Positions 38,418 through 47,639 of a stretch of 64,000 bases of DNA are shown here, in pieces. The notes beneath the pieces are model-generated. The model saw only the letters and a program-made list of their open reading frames with translations. It was not told the origin of the DNA and did no database searches. The stretch lies in the IMG/VR virus record IMGVR_UViG_3300010334_004649. The stretch is one strand, 5' to 3'. Source of the stretch: an uncultured virus (IMG/VR IMGVR_UViG_3300010334_004649) (taxonomy: Duplodnaviria; Heunggongvirae; Uroviricota; Caudoviricetes). Within the stretch, counting starts at the first letter, position 1, and every line of letters starts with the position of its first letter. Both the position numbers and the translations under genes were made by a program.

Positions 38418-39641
38418 ATGAAATTGATCAACCTACTGCTGTTGCTGTGTGCCCTGGGTCTCAGCAGCACTGCAGCCTATTACAGTATTGCAGGATTGGC
38501 CAGCATATTCAGCAGTGCATTCTGGCCAGTGGTCGTTATGGCCACTATTCTCGAAGTGAGCAAACTGGTACTGGCTAGTTTTCTCTATCAAAAATGGACT
38601 ATACTGCCTCGGGGACTGCGTATATATCTAACTGCCAGTGTTATGGTGCTGATGCTGATCACCAGCCTTGGCATCTTTGGTTTTCTCAGCAAGGCACATG
38701 TTGATCAAGGACTTACCACCTCAGAATTAGTGCTGCGCATTGACCAACTCCATCAGCGTCGCATCGAACTTGATAAAACAATCTCACGTTATCAAACTCA
38801 GTTAACCCAACTAGATACCAGCATCAATATCAAACTTCAAAACAATAGGTCAATTGATGCTGACGTGCTGCGGAAACAACAGGCTCCAGAGCGTACAGAC
38901 ATCAAGACCCAACTAGATTCAGCCTCAGCACAGATAGTAAAGATAACCAACGAAGAAACTGATTTAAAAAGTCAATTACAAATAGTAGAAAGCAAGGTTG
39001 GTCCAATCAAATACATCGCAGAATTTTTTGCAAATGGCAAAGAAGTTGATCTCGACAAGGCAGTACGCTATATGATCATCATAATCGTTATGGTATTTGA
39101 TCCACTAGCTGTACTGATGCTGATCGGTGCCAATATCAGTTTCAAAAGTGATCAACAAATCATTACTGCACTACCAGCAGCGCCTCTAGTGGAACCTGAA
39201 ATACCTGCAACAGCACCAACTGTAGACTTAGATCAGCTACATGCGGTTATTGCAGAAAGTATGGACGCGTGGCTGAACAAAGCTCTATCTCATCCAGAAC
39301 TAAAGTCACCTGACCAAACTGAGACTGTGTCTAGTTCGTTAGTTGTACAAGAAAATACACCACCTATTCCACAAATATCCAACCAACTCCCTACTACAGA
39401 AGAACGCAAAGAACCAACGCTATCAACGGAATTCAAGATAGATACAGAATCAAAAGTAGAACCAATTACAACTGTACAAGAAAATGACTACAAACGAAAA
39501 TCGATGACCGGCATCATACCTAATAAAATATCTGCTTCAACAATACCACCACCTTTAGAACAAGGTCACGAACGTCCTGAACACCAAAGCAAAGACTTTC
39601 TACCAACACACATACCTCAGGATAGGCGCAGATGGCCATAA
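38418..39641 (+). CDS. Membrane protein with coiled coil
   Basis: Three N-terminal TM segments, coiled coil, VFDPLAV TM segment, disordered tail. Confidence 0.7.
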   Translation: MKLINLLLLLCALGLSSTAAYYSIAGLASIFSSAFWPVVVMATILEVSKLVLASFLYQKWTILPRGLRIYLTASVMVLMLITSLGIFGFLSKAHVDQGLTTSELVLRIDQLHQRRIELDKTISRYQTQLTQLDTSINIKLQNNRSIDADVLRKQQAPERTDIKTQLDSASAQIVKITNEETDLKSQLQIVESKVGPIKYIAEFFANGKEVDLDKAVRYMIIIIVMVFDPLAVLMLIGANISFKSDQQIITALPAAPLVEPEIPATAPTVDLDQLHAVIAESMDAWLNKALSHPELKSPDQTETVSSSLVVQENTPPIPQISNQLPTTEERKEPTLSTEFKIDTESKVEPITTVQENDYKRKSMTGIIPNKISASTIPPPLEQGHERPEHQSKDFLPTHIPQDRRRWP

Positions 39642-40873
39642 CAATTTATCATCATTGTAGTTTTTGCGAAAAAACACAACAGCAGATTAAAAAATTAATT
39701 GCAGGTCCAGACGTTTATATTTGCAATGAATGTGTTAACCTATGTTATGACCTTATCAAGGAAGAACCTGCTAAAATCATACCACAAGACGAACTAACTC
39801 CACAACAGGTCACAAGTTATCTTGATGAATATATAGTTGGACAGGAAAAAGCCAAAAAGACACTGTCAGTGGCCGTATACAACCATATCAAACGCATCAA
39901 TAATCCTGTGATCGACGGTGTTGAAATAGAAAAAAGCAATATGTTGTTTATTGGTGGTTCAGGCACTGGCAAAACATATTTGATACAGACTGTGGCCAAA
40001 ATTGTCAATGTACCATTGGCCATCGTTGACGCTACCAGCTTAACCGAAAGCGGCTACGTTGGTTTGGATGTAGAAGATGCCATTTCTAAACTCTATCAAG
40101 CAGCTGATCAAGACATTGAAAAAACCAAGTGCGGCATTGTCTACATAGATGAAATTGACAAAAAAGGGCGCAAGTCAGAAAACACCTCGGTAACACGAGA
40201 CGTCAGTGGCGAAGGCGTTCAACAGGCACTGCTGAAAATGATTGAAGGTTGCGATGTAAAAATAATGCCCAATGGCGGTAGGAAGAATCCCAACGGAGAC
40301 TTCATCACAATTAATACCAAAAATATACTATTCATCGTAGGTGGAGCCTTTGAAGGTCTTGACAAAATAATCGAAAAGCGACAAACTCAAAATACAACAG
40401 GTGTAGGTTTTGGCTCAAAAATCAAAGATTCTACCAACACCAAGGGCAATTACGATTTAATCAAAACTGTGCGTGGCGATGACATGGTAAAATTTGGGAT
40501 GATCCCAGAACTAATTGGTCGACTGCCAATTATTGTCACATTTGAAGATCTTGACGAATCTGCATTGATTAGGATATTGACTGAACCAAAAAATGCTATC
40601 ATAAAACAGTTTCAAAAAATGTTTGCTCTTGACAGCATCAATCTTATCTTTGCACCAGACAGTTTGCAGGCAATATCTTCAATGGCAATTGAGATGAAAA
40701 CCGGAGCCAGGGGACTGCGTAGCATAGTTGAAAACCTGTTGCTTGACCTGCATTTTTCCCTCCCGCAGATGTCTAAGAATGGAGTTAAAAAAATTATAAT
40801 ATCTAAGGAAACAGTAGAAAACATGAAAGAACCAGTGCTGGTTTATGATCAAAACAAGGATTCAATACTTTGA
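39632..40873 (+). CDS. clpX: ClpX ATPase
   Basis: CSFC...CNEC zinc finger, GGSGTGKT, IDEIDK, RDVSGEGVQQALLK, VGF loop, GARGLR. Confidence 0.95.
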   Translation: MAITIYHHCSFCEKTQQQIKKLIAGPDVYICNECVNLCYDLIKEEPAKIIPQDELTPQQVTSYLDEYIVGQEKAKKTLSVAVYNHIKRINNPVIDGVEIEKSNMLFIGGSGTGKTYLIQTVAKIVNVPLAIVDATSLTESGYVGLDVEDAISKLYQAADQDIEKTKCGIVYIDEIDKKGRKSENTSVTRDVSGEGVQQALLKMIEGCDVKIMPNGGRKNPNGDFITINTKNILFIVGGAFEGLDKIIEKRQTQNTTGVGFGSKIKDSTNTKGNYDLIKTVRGDDMVKFGMIPELIGRLPIIVTFEDLDESALIRILTEPKNAIIKQFQKMFALDSINLIFAPDSLQAISSMAIEMKTGARGLRSIVENLLLDLHFSLPQMSKNGVKKIIISKETVENMKEPVLVYDQNKDSIL

Positions 40874-41445
40874 GTGGGCATTGGCATAATGATCAACGTC
40901 GCAGTCAACGACGTGCAGAAGATCCAATCAAGGCCAGTATAGTGGCCAACGAGCGCATCAAACATCCTGAAGTAAGATTAGTAGACGAGCAGGGTCAACA
41001 GATAGGTATTGTCCCTATCAAACAAGCCATGTGGCAGGCACGCAATCTAGGTCTCGACCTAATTGAAATCACCGCAGATGCTGTGCCACCTGTGGTTAGG
41101 ATAGTAGATCTCAACAAATGGATCTACAATCTTCGCCAAGAAAAAAAGAAGAAAGAGCGAAAAGCTAGAGAGAATGCTGTGGTCATTAAGGAAATACAAC
41201 TGCGGCCAGTAACAGACAAGCATGACATTGAAACAAAACAGGGGCATGCTCGCGAATTCCTAGCTGACAACAACAAGGTCAAGGTGGTGATCAAATTCCG
41301 TGGCCGTGAGTTGAGTTTCAAAGAAAAGGGATTTGAGATCATGGATACCTTTATCAAAGGTCTCGATGCTTGCAAGTTGGAAAAGACGCCAGAAATGAAC
41401 GGCCGTACCATAATGGCCATACTAGCACCAAATGGCAAAAATTGA
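40870..41445 (+). CDS. infC: Translation initiation factor IF3
   Basis: NERI...VRLV, LDLIEI...PPVVRI, KEIQLRP, KVKVVIKFRGRE. Confidence 0.92.
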   Translation: MSGHWHNDQRRSQRRAEDPIKASIVANERIKHPEVRLVDEQGQQIGIVPIKQAMWQARNLGLDLIEITADAVPPVVRIVDLNKWIYNLRQEKKKKERKARENAVVIKEIQLRPVTDKHDIETKQGHAREFLADNNKVKVVIKFRGRELSFKEKGFEIMDTFIKGLDACKLEKTPEMNGRTIMAILAPNGKN

Positions 41446-41496
41446 CGGTTTTTCAAATACCTGCTAAAATATATTGTCACTTACAAGGATATAGAA

Positions 41497-41799
41497 ATGG
41501 ATAATGACGATTTCGTGCTGCGTAAAAAGGGCATGACAGTTAAGGTTTTCAACAACAATATAGATGGTGCAATCGTACAACTCAAACGTCGTATGAACAG
41601 CGAAGGTGTAAACAAAGAACTTCGCAAGCGGAAACATTACACATCTCCAAGTGTTGTACGCAGACAGAAACTGGCAGAAGCCAAGGTTCGGTGGAAGAAG
41701 AAGTATAGCCAAATTATGGAAATAGAAATGCCTTCAAAGAAAAAGACCAAACGCGATTACAAACCTGTTAACAGAGCTGTGATTGCATCACCAACCTAA
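41497..41799 (+). CDS. rpsU: Ribosomal protein bS21
   Basis: VKVFNNNIDGAIVQLKR...ELRKRKHYTSPSVVRR. Confidence 0.85.
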   Translation: MDNDDFVLRKKGMTVKVFNNNIDGAIVQLKRRMNSEGVNKELRKRKHYTSPSVVRRQKLAEAKVRWKKKYSQIMEIEMPSKKKTKRDYKPVNRAVIASPT

Positions 41800-42584
41800 T
41801 GCTAGATACTGGCAAGATATCAAATGCAGCAAAAGCAGTTGATTGGAAACCTGCCGACCTAAAGATTTACCATAGATTCAAACAACAATTTCACAATTGG
41901 ATAGCATCATCTAAACAACCAGTCAAGGGTTTGCCAGACACTTTTTACATAGTGACTGGCATCACCGATGCATTTAACCAAACCTACGGTCTGTTCAAAA
42001 ACATAGGTGTATTTCCTGGAGAATATGGTTATCATAGATTGGCTATTGGCAATCGATGTACTACAGATCTTGCAATGGCAGATGTAATCATCATAAGCCA
42101 CCCATTTAGTGCTGATGGCATGTCAGCACATGACAAACTGGCCAAAGCTGATTTATATGGCAAACCAATATTTGTCGACTGTGCATTTTTTGGGTCCTGC
42201 CGGAATATCAATTTTGATTTCTCCAAATATAAAAACATACAAAGCGTGTGTTTTTCACTTTCAAAAACATTTGGTACTGGTCATCACAGGGTTGGATTAT
42301 TATATACGGCTGCAGCATATCCTGCAGCGGTTTATGAACAATGGCATTACCCTGTTGTTTCGTCGGCGCAGCATCATTATGGTCTACTTGATACCATGTC
42401 TCCAGATGATCTAGCCGTGAAATATGGCCGTGTACAACTTGAAATCTGCGAGGAACTTGGCATAGTTCCCTCTGATACAGTGATATTTGGATTAGATTAT
42501 TCAGATAAATTTGCTCAATTCGACAGAGGCGGGGTCAATAGGTTGTGCATAAGTGATCTGATACGAGATAGATATCACGGTTGA
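41799..42584 (+). CDS. PLP-dependent transferase-like protein
   Basis: FVDCAF, FSLSKTFG...RVG. Confidence 0.6.
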   Translation: MLDTGKISNAAKAVDWKPADLKIYHRFKQQFHNWIASSKQPVKGLPDTFYIVTGITDAFNQTYGLFKNIGVFPGEYGYHRLAIGNRCTTDLAMADVIIISHPFSADGMSAHDKLAKADLYGKPIFVDCAFFGSCRNINFDFSKYKNIQSVCFSLSKTFGTGHHRVGLLYTAAAYPAAVYEQWHYPVVSSAQHHYGLLDTMSPDDLAVKYGRVQLEICEELGIVPSDTVIFGLDYSDKFAQFDRGGVNRLCISDLIRDRYHG

Positions 42585-42691
42585 CATTTCAGAAAAGAAA
42601 ATGTAAATAGTATTTGTCAGCAACTGCTGACAAGGAGATGCCTTAAAGGGTCTCTTATGCTACAAACTTCGCTCACAGAGGAGGTAAAATC
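42581..42691 (+). promoter_or_regulatory. Promoter and ROSE-like structured 5' UTR
   Basis: TTGACA-N17-TAAATA; hairpins at 42614-42633 and 42633-42656; CTTCGCTC pairs with SD GAGGAGG (42667-42684). Confidence 0.6.
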
Positions 42692-43183
42692 ATGCGAAGC
42701 CTAACACTCACACAACAAATCGATGACCTTTTTCGCGACTTCAACCGGTTTGCAGTTGGATATGAACCAACCTTCCGCATGTTGGATCAAGCACGCACTA
42801 CTCAAACCAACGGTTATCCACCATACGATCTCGAAAGCACCGGTGAAAACAACTACCGTCTCAGCATGGCTGTAGCGGGTTTTACAGCAGACGATCTCGA
42901 AATCACTCTGCAAAATGGTCTACTAACCATTGACGGCAAAATCAAACAAGATGAAACTCGCACATACCTGCATAAGGGCATTGCTGGTCGCAGTTTCCGC
43001 CGCCAATTCTCGCTGCACCCCTATGTCGAAATCATAGGCAGCAGTCTTAGCGATGGAATTCTTACTGTGGAATTTGTTCATGAGATACCAGAAAGCATGA
43101 AACCACGTAAGATTACAATCAATGGTCCAACTGCTGAAATAAAAGTTTTGAATCCGTCGTCTGGGGTTACTGCTACGGCTTGA
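42692..43183 (+). CDS. Small heat-shock protein Hsp20 (IbpA-like)
   Basis: YPPYD, MAVAGF, YLHKGIAGRSFRRQF, DGILT, PRKITI. Confidence 0.93.
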   Translation: MRSLTLTQQIDDLFRDFNRFAVGYEPTFRMLDQARTTQTNGYPPYDLESTGENNYRLSMAVAGFTADDLEITLQNGLLTIDGKIKQDETRTYLHKGIAGRSFRRQFSLHPYVEIIGSSLSDGILTVEFVHEIPESMKPRKITINGPTAEIKVLNPSSGVTATA

Positions 43184-43228
43184 CAGGCTAAAACAATCCG
43201 CGTAGTATATCATTAAGGGAGAAGGCGT

Positions 43229-43537
43229 ATGGTAACTGCTGATGTGATAGAAGAGGTGATGACTGCACATAAGGTTGCCATACGTCCTCCTAAAATGTTC
43301 AATGTGATACTGCACAACGATCCGCATACCACTATTGAATTTGTGGTTTTGATCTTGATGAGTATTTTCTACAAGAGTTTTGAAAATGCCACAGCGTTAA
43401 CTATGGACATTCATGAGAAGGGTAAAGGTATCGCTGGTACCTATACATTTGAAATTGCAAGCCAAAAACAAACAGACACATTGAATGCAGCTAGAGCTAA
43501 CGGATTTCCTCTAAAATGTGACCTAGTTGAAGCCTAA
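43229..43537 (+). CDS. clpS: ClpS adaptor
   Basis: PKMFNVILHNDPHTTIEFV, IHEKGKG, FPL; TTGACA-N17-TAGTAT upstream at 43180. Confidence 0.9.
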   Translation: MVTADVIEEVMTAHKVAIRPPKMFNVILHNDPHTTIEFVVLILMSIFYKSFENATALTMDIHEKGKGIAGTYTFEIASQKQTDTLNAARANGFPLKCDLVEA

Positions 43538-44385
43538 GGTTGACCCATTTGATGCAGTGCACGTTGGCTGATTATCTCAAAAAAGCATCGTTCGTTGGCC
43601 CCATTTAATTTATCATAGTCAAAATTGATCCCTGAACAAATGGGACGATAATACAGTGTCAGCTGACTCGGTACCAAAGCCAACTGACCGGTAGTTTTCA
43701 TATAGCCATTGCGACTATCTCTACGGCAGGGATTAAGTTGCGGATTGCTGTCTTTATGGTCTAGTATAGAGTTCATACACTCGTCAAGTGTAGTGGCACG
43801 ATGCAGACCCAATTCAGCTTTGATCTTACGCACCTCAGAACTCACACGCTTGCGACTGTGGCTGGGATCATTAGGAACGCGCTGATAACCAGCCCAGGGC
43901 AGTAAAATACCATGGTTGGTACGCACGCAGGTATGAGGTTTGATGATTTCCTCAATTTTATAAACAAAGTCGCCATTTCTATGACTGCTTTCCAACATGA
44001 AGCAGCGATTTTGATCAAAAACAAAAGTATGGCCTGTAAGCTGCTTTTCCACAAGGCTTTCTAGTGCCGATATACAGTCGCGTTCCAGCATTGCGGTCCT
44101 GATCTTTTTGCCGTCTGGACTGAGATAATTTTGTCTAGTTCCTTCATGAGTGGTACCAGTTTGACCTTTTTCATCCGATATTGTAGCCATACTGGCTGAG
44201 ATTATACTGATCCCATGCTCGTTAAGTCCTTCGGTATAGCCTGTGTTTTCATCCCAGATATAGATGCGTTCAATTCCGCCCATACGACTCTTGCGAATAT
44301 TAATGGTTGGATAGTAGCCGCGATCTCGATTTTTGATACCAACCCAACCAAGATCAGGAAGATATTTCGCCATTATAATACACAT
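43534..44385 (-). CDS. Ntn-hydrolase-like protein (N-terminal Cys)
   Basis: ATG 44385 gives MCIIMAK...KNRDR...EGLNEHG...RTNHG. Confidence 0.7.
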   Translation of the reverse strand: MCIIMAKYLPDLGWVGIKNRDRGYYPTINIRKSRMGGIERIYIWDENTGYTEGLNEHGISIISASMATISDEKGQTGTTHEGTRQNYLSPDGKKIRTAMLERDCISALESLVEKQLTGHTFVFDQNRCFMLESSHRNGDFVYKIEEIIKPHTCVRTNHGILLPWAGYQRVPNDPSHSRKRVSSEVRKIKAELGLHRATTLDECMNSILDHKDSNPQLNPCRRDSRNGYMKTTGQLALVPSQLTLYYRPICSGINFDYDKLNGANERCFFEIISQRALHQMGQP

Positions 44386-44687
44386 AAACATATTTATCAC
44401 GGCAACGACGTGAACCAAGGTGTGTTCGATCAACCTCTGGTATTACATATTGCAGCGGAAAGCCAGGGTGCTTTGGTCTGTTGTGGTGGTTCACTGCAAT
44501 AACATGTGAAACTGTCAATGACATCAACCAGTGAACGATGGATCAGTTTTGATCCCCATAGTGACCAAGATATGATCGCTGTACTGACTTGGATTGAAAA
44601 TGGTAGGATAATAATCAAACAAAAATCATAAAATAGTTTGATTAAAATTGCTCACAGGTCAGCTGGAAAAATGACTTGGCGACATGG

Positions 44688-44963
44688 TTATTTTTTGTTT
44701 TGGTCACTGTCATTTTTAAGCAAATCTTTTTCACGCAGAGTCAAAACTGTATTGATCTTTTCACTTAAACGAATGAGATCATTATTCAGCAGAGTAACAC
44801 GATCCATTAATGCGGTCAAAACCACATTGGTGTTTTTCAGCACAGGCTTTACTTCTTTTGAACACCATTGCCAAACATATTGAATGACAAAAGCTAACCC
44901 CACTGCCATGACTATAGGAAGTCCATATTTGTCAGTCATTTGAAATATGTAAGTTTCTTCCAT
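44688..44963 (-). CDS. Small membrane protein (holin-like)
   Basis: One TM segment plus coiled coil. Confidence 0.55.
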   Translation of the reverse strand: MEETYIFQMTDKYGLPIVMAVGLAFVIQYVWQWCSKEVKPVLKNTNVVLTALMDRVTLLNNDLIRLSEKINTVLTLREKDLLKNDSDQNKK

Positions 44964-44982
44964 TTTTAGATCCCTTCAGGTC

Positions 44983-45270
44983 TCATTTCTTATCATCTCG
45001 ACCATCAGCACGACCTATGCGCTCAACAGCCAGCGGTAGATCCAATGCCATTGATACCAAAGTATCTATCTTGATGATGTCGTTATCCATGTCTTTGATT
45101 CTTTCTTCTAACCTGACAATATGAGCAGACATTTGTCTAATGTTGTCTCGCACCCCAGCCAACATCATCTTTATGGACAGGTAAACTACACCTCCGCCAA
45201 CTATGGCCGCTGCCACAGAAAAACCAACGCCTTCTATTATGTAGAATACAAGTTCAATCATCAGAGTCAC
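44983..45270 (-). CDS. Small membrane protein (holin-like), similar to its neighbour
   Basis: TM segment plus MDNDIIKI, resembling LNNDLIRL next door. Confidence 0.55.
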   Translation of the reverse strand: MTLMIELVFYIIEGVGFSVAAAIVGGGVVYLSIKMMLAGVRDNIRQMSAHIVRLEERIKDMDNDIIKIDTLVSMALDLPLAVERIGRADGRDDKK

Positions 45271-45413
45271 CCAGTGAGATTTTGTAGGCTTTACTGTATT
45301 TAACGTGCCATTGTATGTTGTTCAAGCAGTTGTTAACCCCTGTGCAAGCACAATGATGAATCATGATATTTTGGATGCAGATAACTTCTTTGATTCTTTG
45401 ACTTCTAGCAAAT

Positions 45414-45740
45414 ATGCTTTATATTAGAATGAGAACAAAGGGGATGAAAATGGATTTACCTAAGCCAACCTTTCCTTATATTGGGCGCTTGTATCAAGCA
45501 GTGGTGTCTGAAGGTTTGAGTGCTGGGAGTTTGAATCGTGAAAATACAGATACTGTATTGCGCAAACTCTGCAAGACAACGTGGTTGGAAGAAAATCGCG
45601 ACATCTACAAGATTTGGATGTTGGGAGGTGATACTTGGGGAGACCTAATCAAAGACGTAAAAAAATACAGTGCTGTAGTAAACCAATACAAGCGCGATGC
45701 CAAAAAAACAGAGAAAAACATAAAAAAGTCACATGAATAA
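45414..45740 (+). CDS. Hypothetical protein
   Basis: ORF; start uncertain. Confidence 0.55.
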   Translation: MLYIRMRTKGMKMDLPKPTFPYIGRLYQAVVSEGLSAGSLNRENTDTVLRKLCKTTWLEENRDIYKIWMLGGDTWGDLIKDVKKYSAVVNQYKRDAKKTEKNIKKSHE

Positions 45741-45805
45741 CAGCATCCTTGTTTAGAGCTCATTGATGATTACCTTGAATCATCAATGAGCTATGTGATA
45801 CAGAA

Positions 45806-46402
45806 TCACTGTCGCAGATACGACGGAGGAAAATAAGGTACAATGGTATTCTGTAGAGTTGGTTCCCACCAATGTATCTGACGTATTGTATGTTGTATGC
45901 CCTGCGGCTGATGCACACGCACAATATGCCTGGTTCCAGTTTCAATATACCAGAGTTGACAGGTTTTTTGATTGTAACTCCAACGCATTACTTCTACTGT
46001 GATATGGCTATCCAAAAGCCAGTAATCTAATCTGTGGCGAGGGTTAAATTCCGCCCATAATTCCCAACCAAAACTTAAAGTTGGTGGCACACCGTTGTTT
46101 TGAAAGACAGAACGATTGGTCAAGGCCAATTGATGTGCCATCCACCATGAAACGGCATCTGCTCCATACCATAGTTTCTGCACAAAATGCCTAGCCAACC
46201 ATAGAATTCCGATGATACTGCCCCATATGGTAAAAATAGCCACCAACGTTACTGCATGCCATAGCCGAAACAGCAGCGATTTTGAGCTAGACCAAATCGC
46301 CGCTGCTGCTGTTTTTACAGAGTTGGCGATATATGTTGGAATAACACCGGCAAAAGCCTGCATCAATAGATAAGTTAGTTTGGTAATCGGATTTCTTGTC
46401 AT
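45806..46402 (-). CDS. Hypothetical membrane protein
   Basis: TAAATA-N5-ATG at 46402; TM segment. Confidence 0.6.
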   Translation of the reverse strand: MTRNPITKLTYLLMQAFAGVIPTYIANSVKTAAAAIWSSSKSLLFRLWHAVTLVAIFTIWGSIIGILWLARHFVQKLWYGADAVSWWMAHQLALTNRSVFQNNGVPPTLSFGWELWAEFNPRHRLDYWLLDSHITVEVMRWSYNQKTCQLWYIETGTRHIVRVHQPQGIQHTIRQIHWWEPTLQNTIVPYFPPSYLRQ

Positions 46403-46532
46403 GCCGATATTTATCGGCAAAACACTGTTAATTGTGGAAAAAAACTCATTATGGACAAACCTGTGTTAGTCACCTGGCTTTCCGCGGCGGGAGATAAATA
46501 TGCAACGACATTATCAAATACGAGGAAATTAC

Positions 46533-47639
46533 ATGAGTGATCATATACTAGATGAGATCAAACGTTACAAGAACTTGCTTGAAAGTTCTGTTAATATGGA
46601 TCCAACCAATGCCTTGAGCGACAGGGAACTCGTTCGTTTCCAACAAATGCCTGCGGCCAAACAAAAGATAGCCAGTCCTCAACAGCAGGCAATGCTAGAT
46701 CGTGAAATGAACAGCCGTCTTAACATGGATGAAAAACTCAGCAGCAACGATCGCAGAAGAATGTTGACACGAGTTATGAAAAGGTTGGAAAAGTTATCTG
46801 GTTTGAAGCAGGATGGTCAAGACTTAACGGAAAAAATGGCCAACTTCATCATAAATTGTATTACACGAGGAATGTCATTTGAAGACGCCTTGCATTTGAG
46901 CAACAAGCGAATAGCAGAGACCAACAGACACGCTGCTGATGACAAGGGCCCTGTTGCAGCTCATCAGAACTCAACAAAAACCTGCGACGTTTGCCAGGGC
47001 ACTGGACAGGACGACTATCACAAGGATCATCCCTGCGGGGCCTGTGGCGGTACTGGCAAGGAAAGTTACATGCATGAGGAAATGACCAAAGAAGGCAATG
47101 CATTTCTAAATGCTCGGCGCAATGCTGCAATGAAAGGTCTTGATTCTTTCGAGTTTGATGGCAAAACACATACAATTACCGGAGATGAAGACCTAGGAGA
47201 AGGTGCCTATACTAATCAGTTTGAAGATCCAAAGCCCGCTGCTGATCACAATGATCGCAACTGGAAAGACTGGGGTACCACCAAGCAAGACTATACAGAT
47301 GCTGAGACCAAGACCTGGGATAGTTACATGCAGAATGAAGATCAAAACTCAACAAAAACCTGCGACGTTTGCCAGGGCACTGGACAGGACGACTATCACA
47401 AGGATCATCCCTGCGGGGCCTGTGGCGGTACTGGCAAGGAAAGTGACATGCAGAATGAAGATCAAAACTCAACAAAAAAGTGTGACGTTTGCCAGGGCAC
47501 TGGACAGGACGACTATCACAAGGATCATCCCTGCGGGGCCTGTGGCGGTACTGGCAAGGAAAGTGACACAGCAGCAGTTGATCTTCATGAAACAAAAGTG
47601 TTTGTTAATCGCCTCCGTAAATTGTCAGGCTTAAAATGA
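46533..47639 (+). CDS. Late protein with three DnaJ-type zinc-finger repeats
   Basis: CDVCQGTG...CGACGGTG three times; RLxKLSGLK twice. Confidence 0.75.
   Translation: MSDHILDEIKRYKNLLESSVNMDPTNALSDRELVRFQQMPAAKQKIASPQQQAMLDREMNSRLNMDEKLSSNDRRRMLTRVMKRLEKLSGLKQDGQDLTEKMANFIINCITRGMSFEDALHLSNKRIAETNRHAADDKGPVAAHQNSTKTCDVCQGTGQDDYHKDHPCGACGGTGKESYMHEEMTKEGNAFLNARRNAAMKGLDSFEFDGKTHTITGDEDLGEGAYTNQFEDPKPAADHNDRNWKDWGTTKQDYTDAETKTWDSYMQNEDQNSTKTCDVCQGTGQDDYHKDHPCGACGGTGKESDMQNEDQNSTKKCDVCQGTGQDDYHKDHPCGACGGTGKESDTAAVDLHETKVFVNRLRKLSGLK
46968..47566 (+). repeat. Three near-identical ~100-120-bp direct repeats
   Basis: Copies at ~46968-47066, ~47327-47446, ~47447-47566. Confidence 0.9.

Noticed and set aside
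39632..43537. Bacterial chromosomal fragment (clpX, infC, rpsU, hsp20, clpS)
   Set aside because: Gene order is non-bacterial (no clpP, rpmI/rplT, clpA) and continuous with phage genes and promoters
46968..47566. CRISPR array or DGR template/variable repeats
   Set aside because: Repeats are in-frame coding units of ~100-120 bp without unique spacers or A-specific mismatches; no reverse transcriptase or cas gene seen
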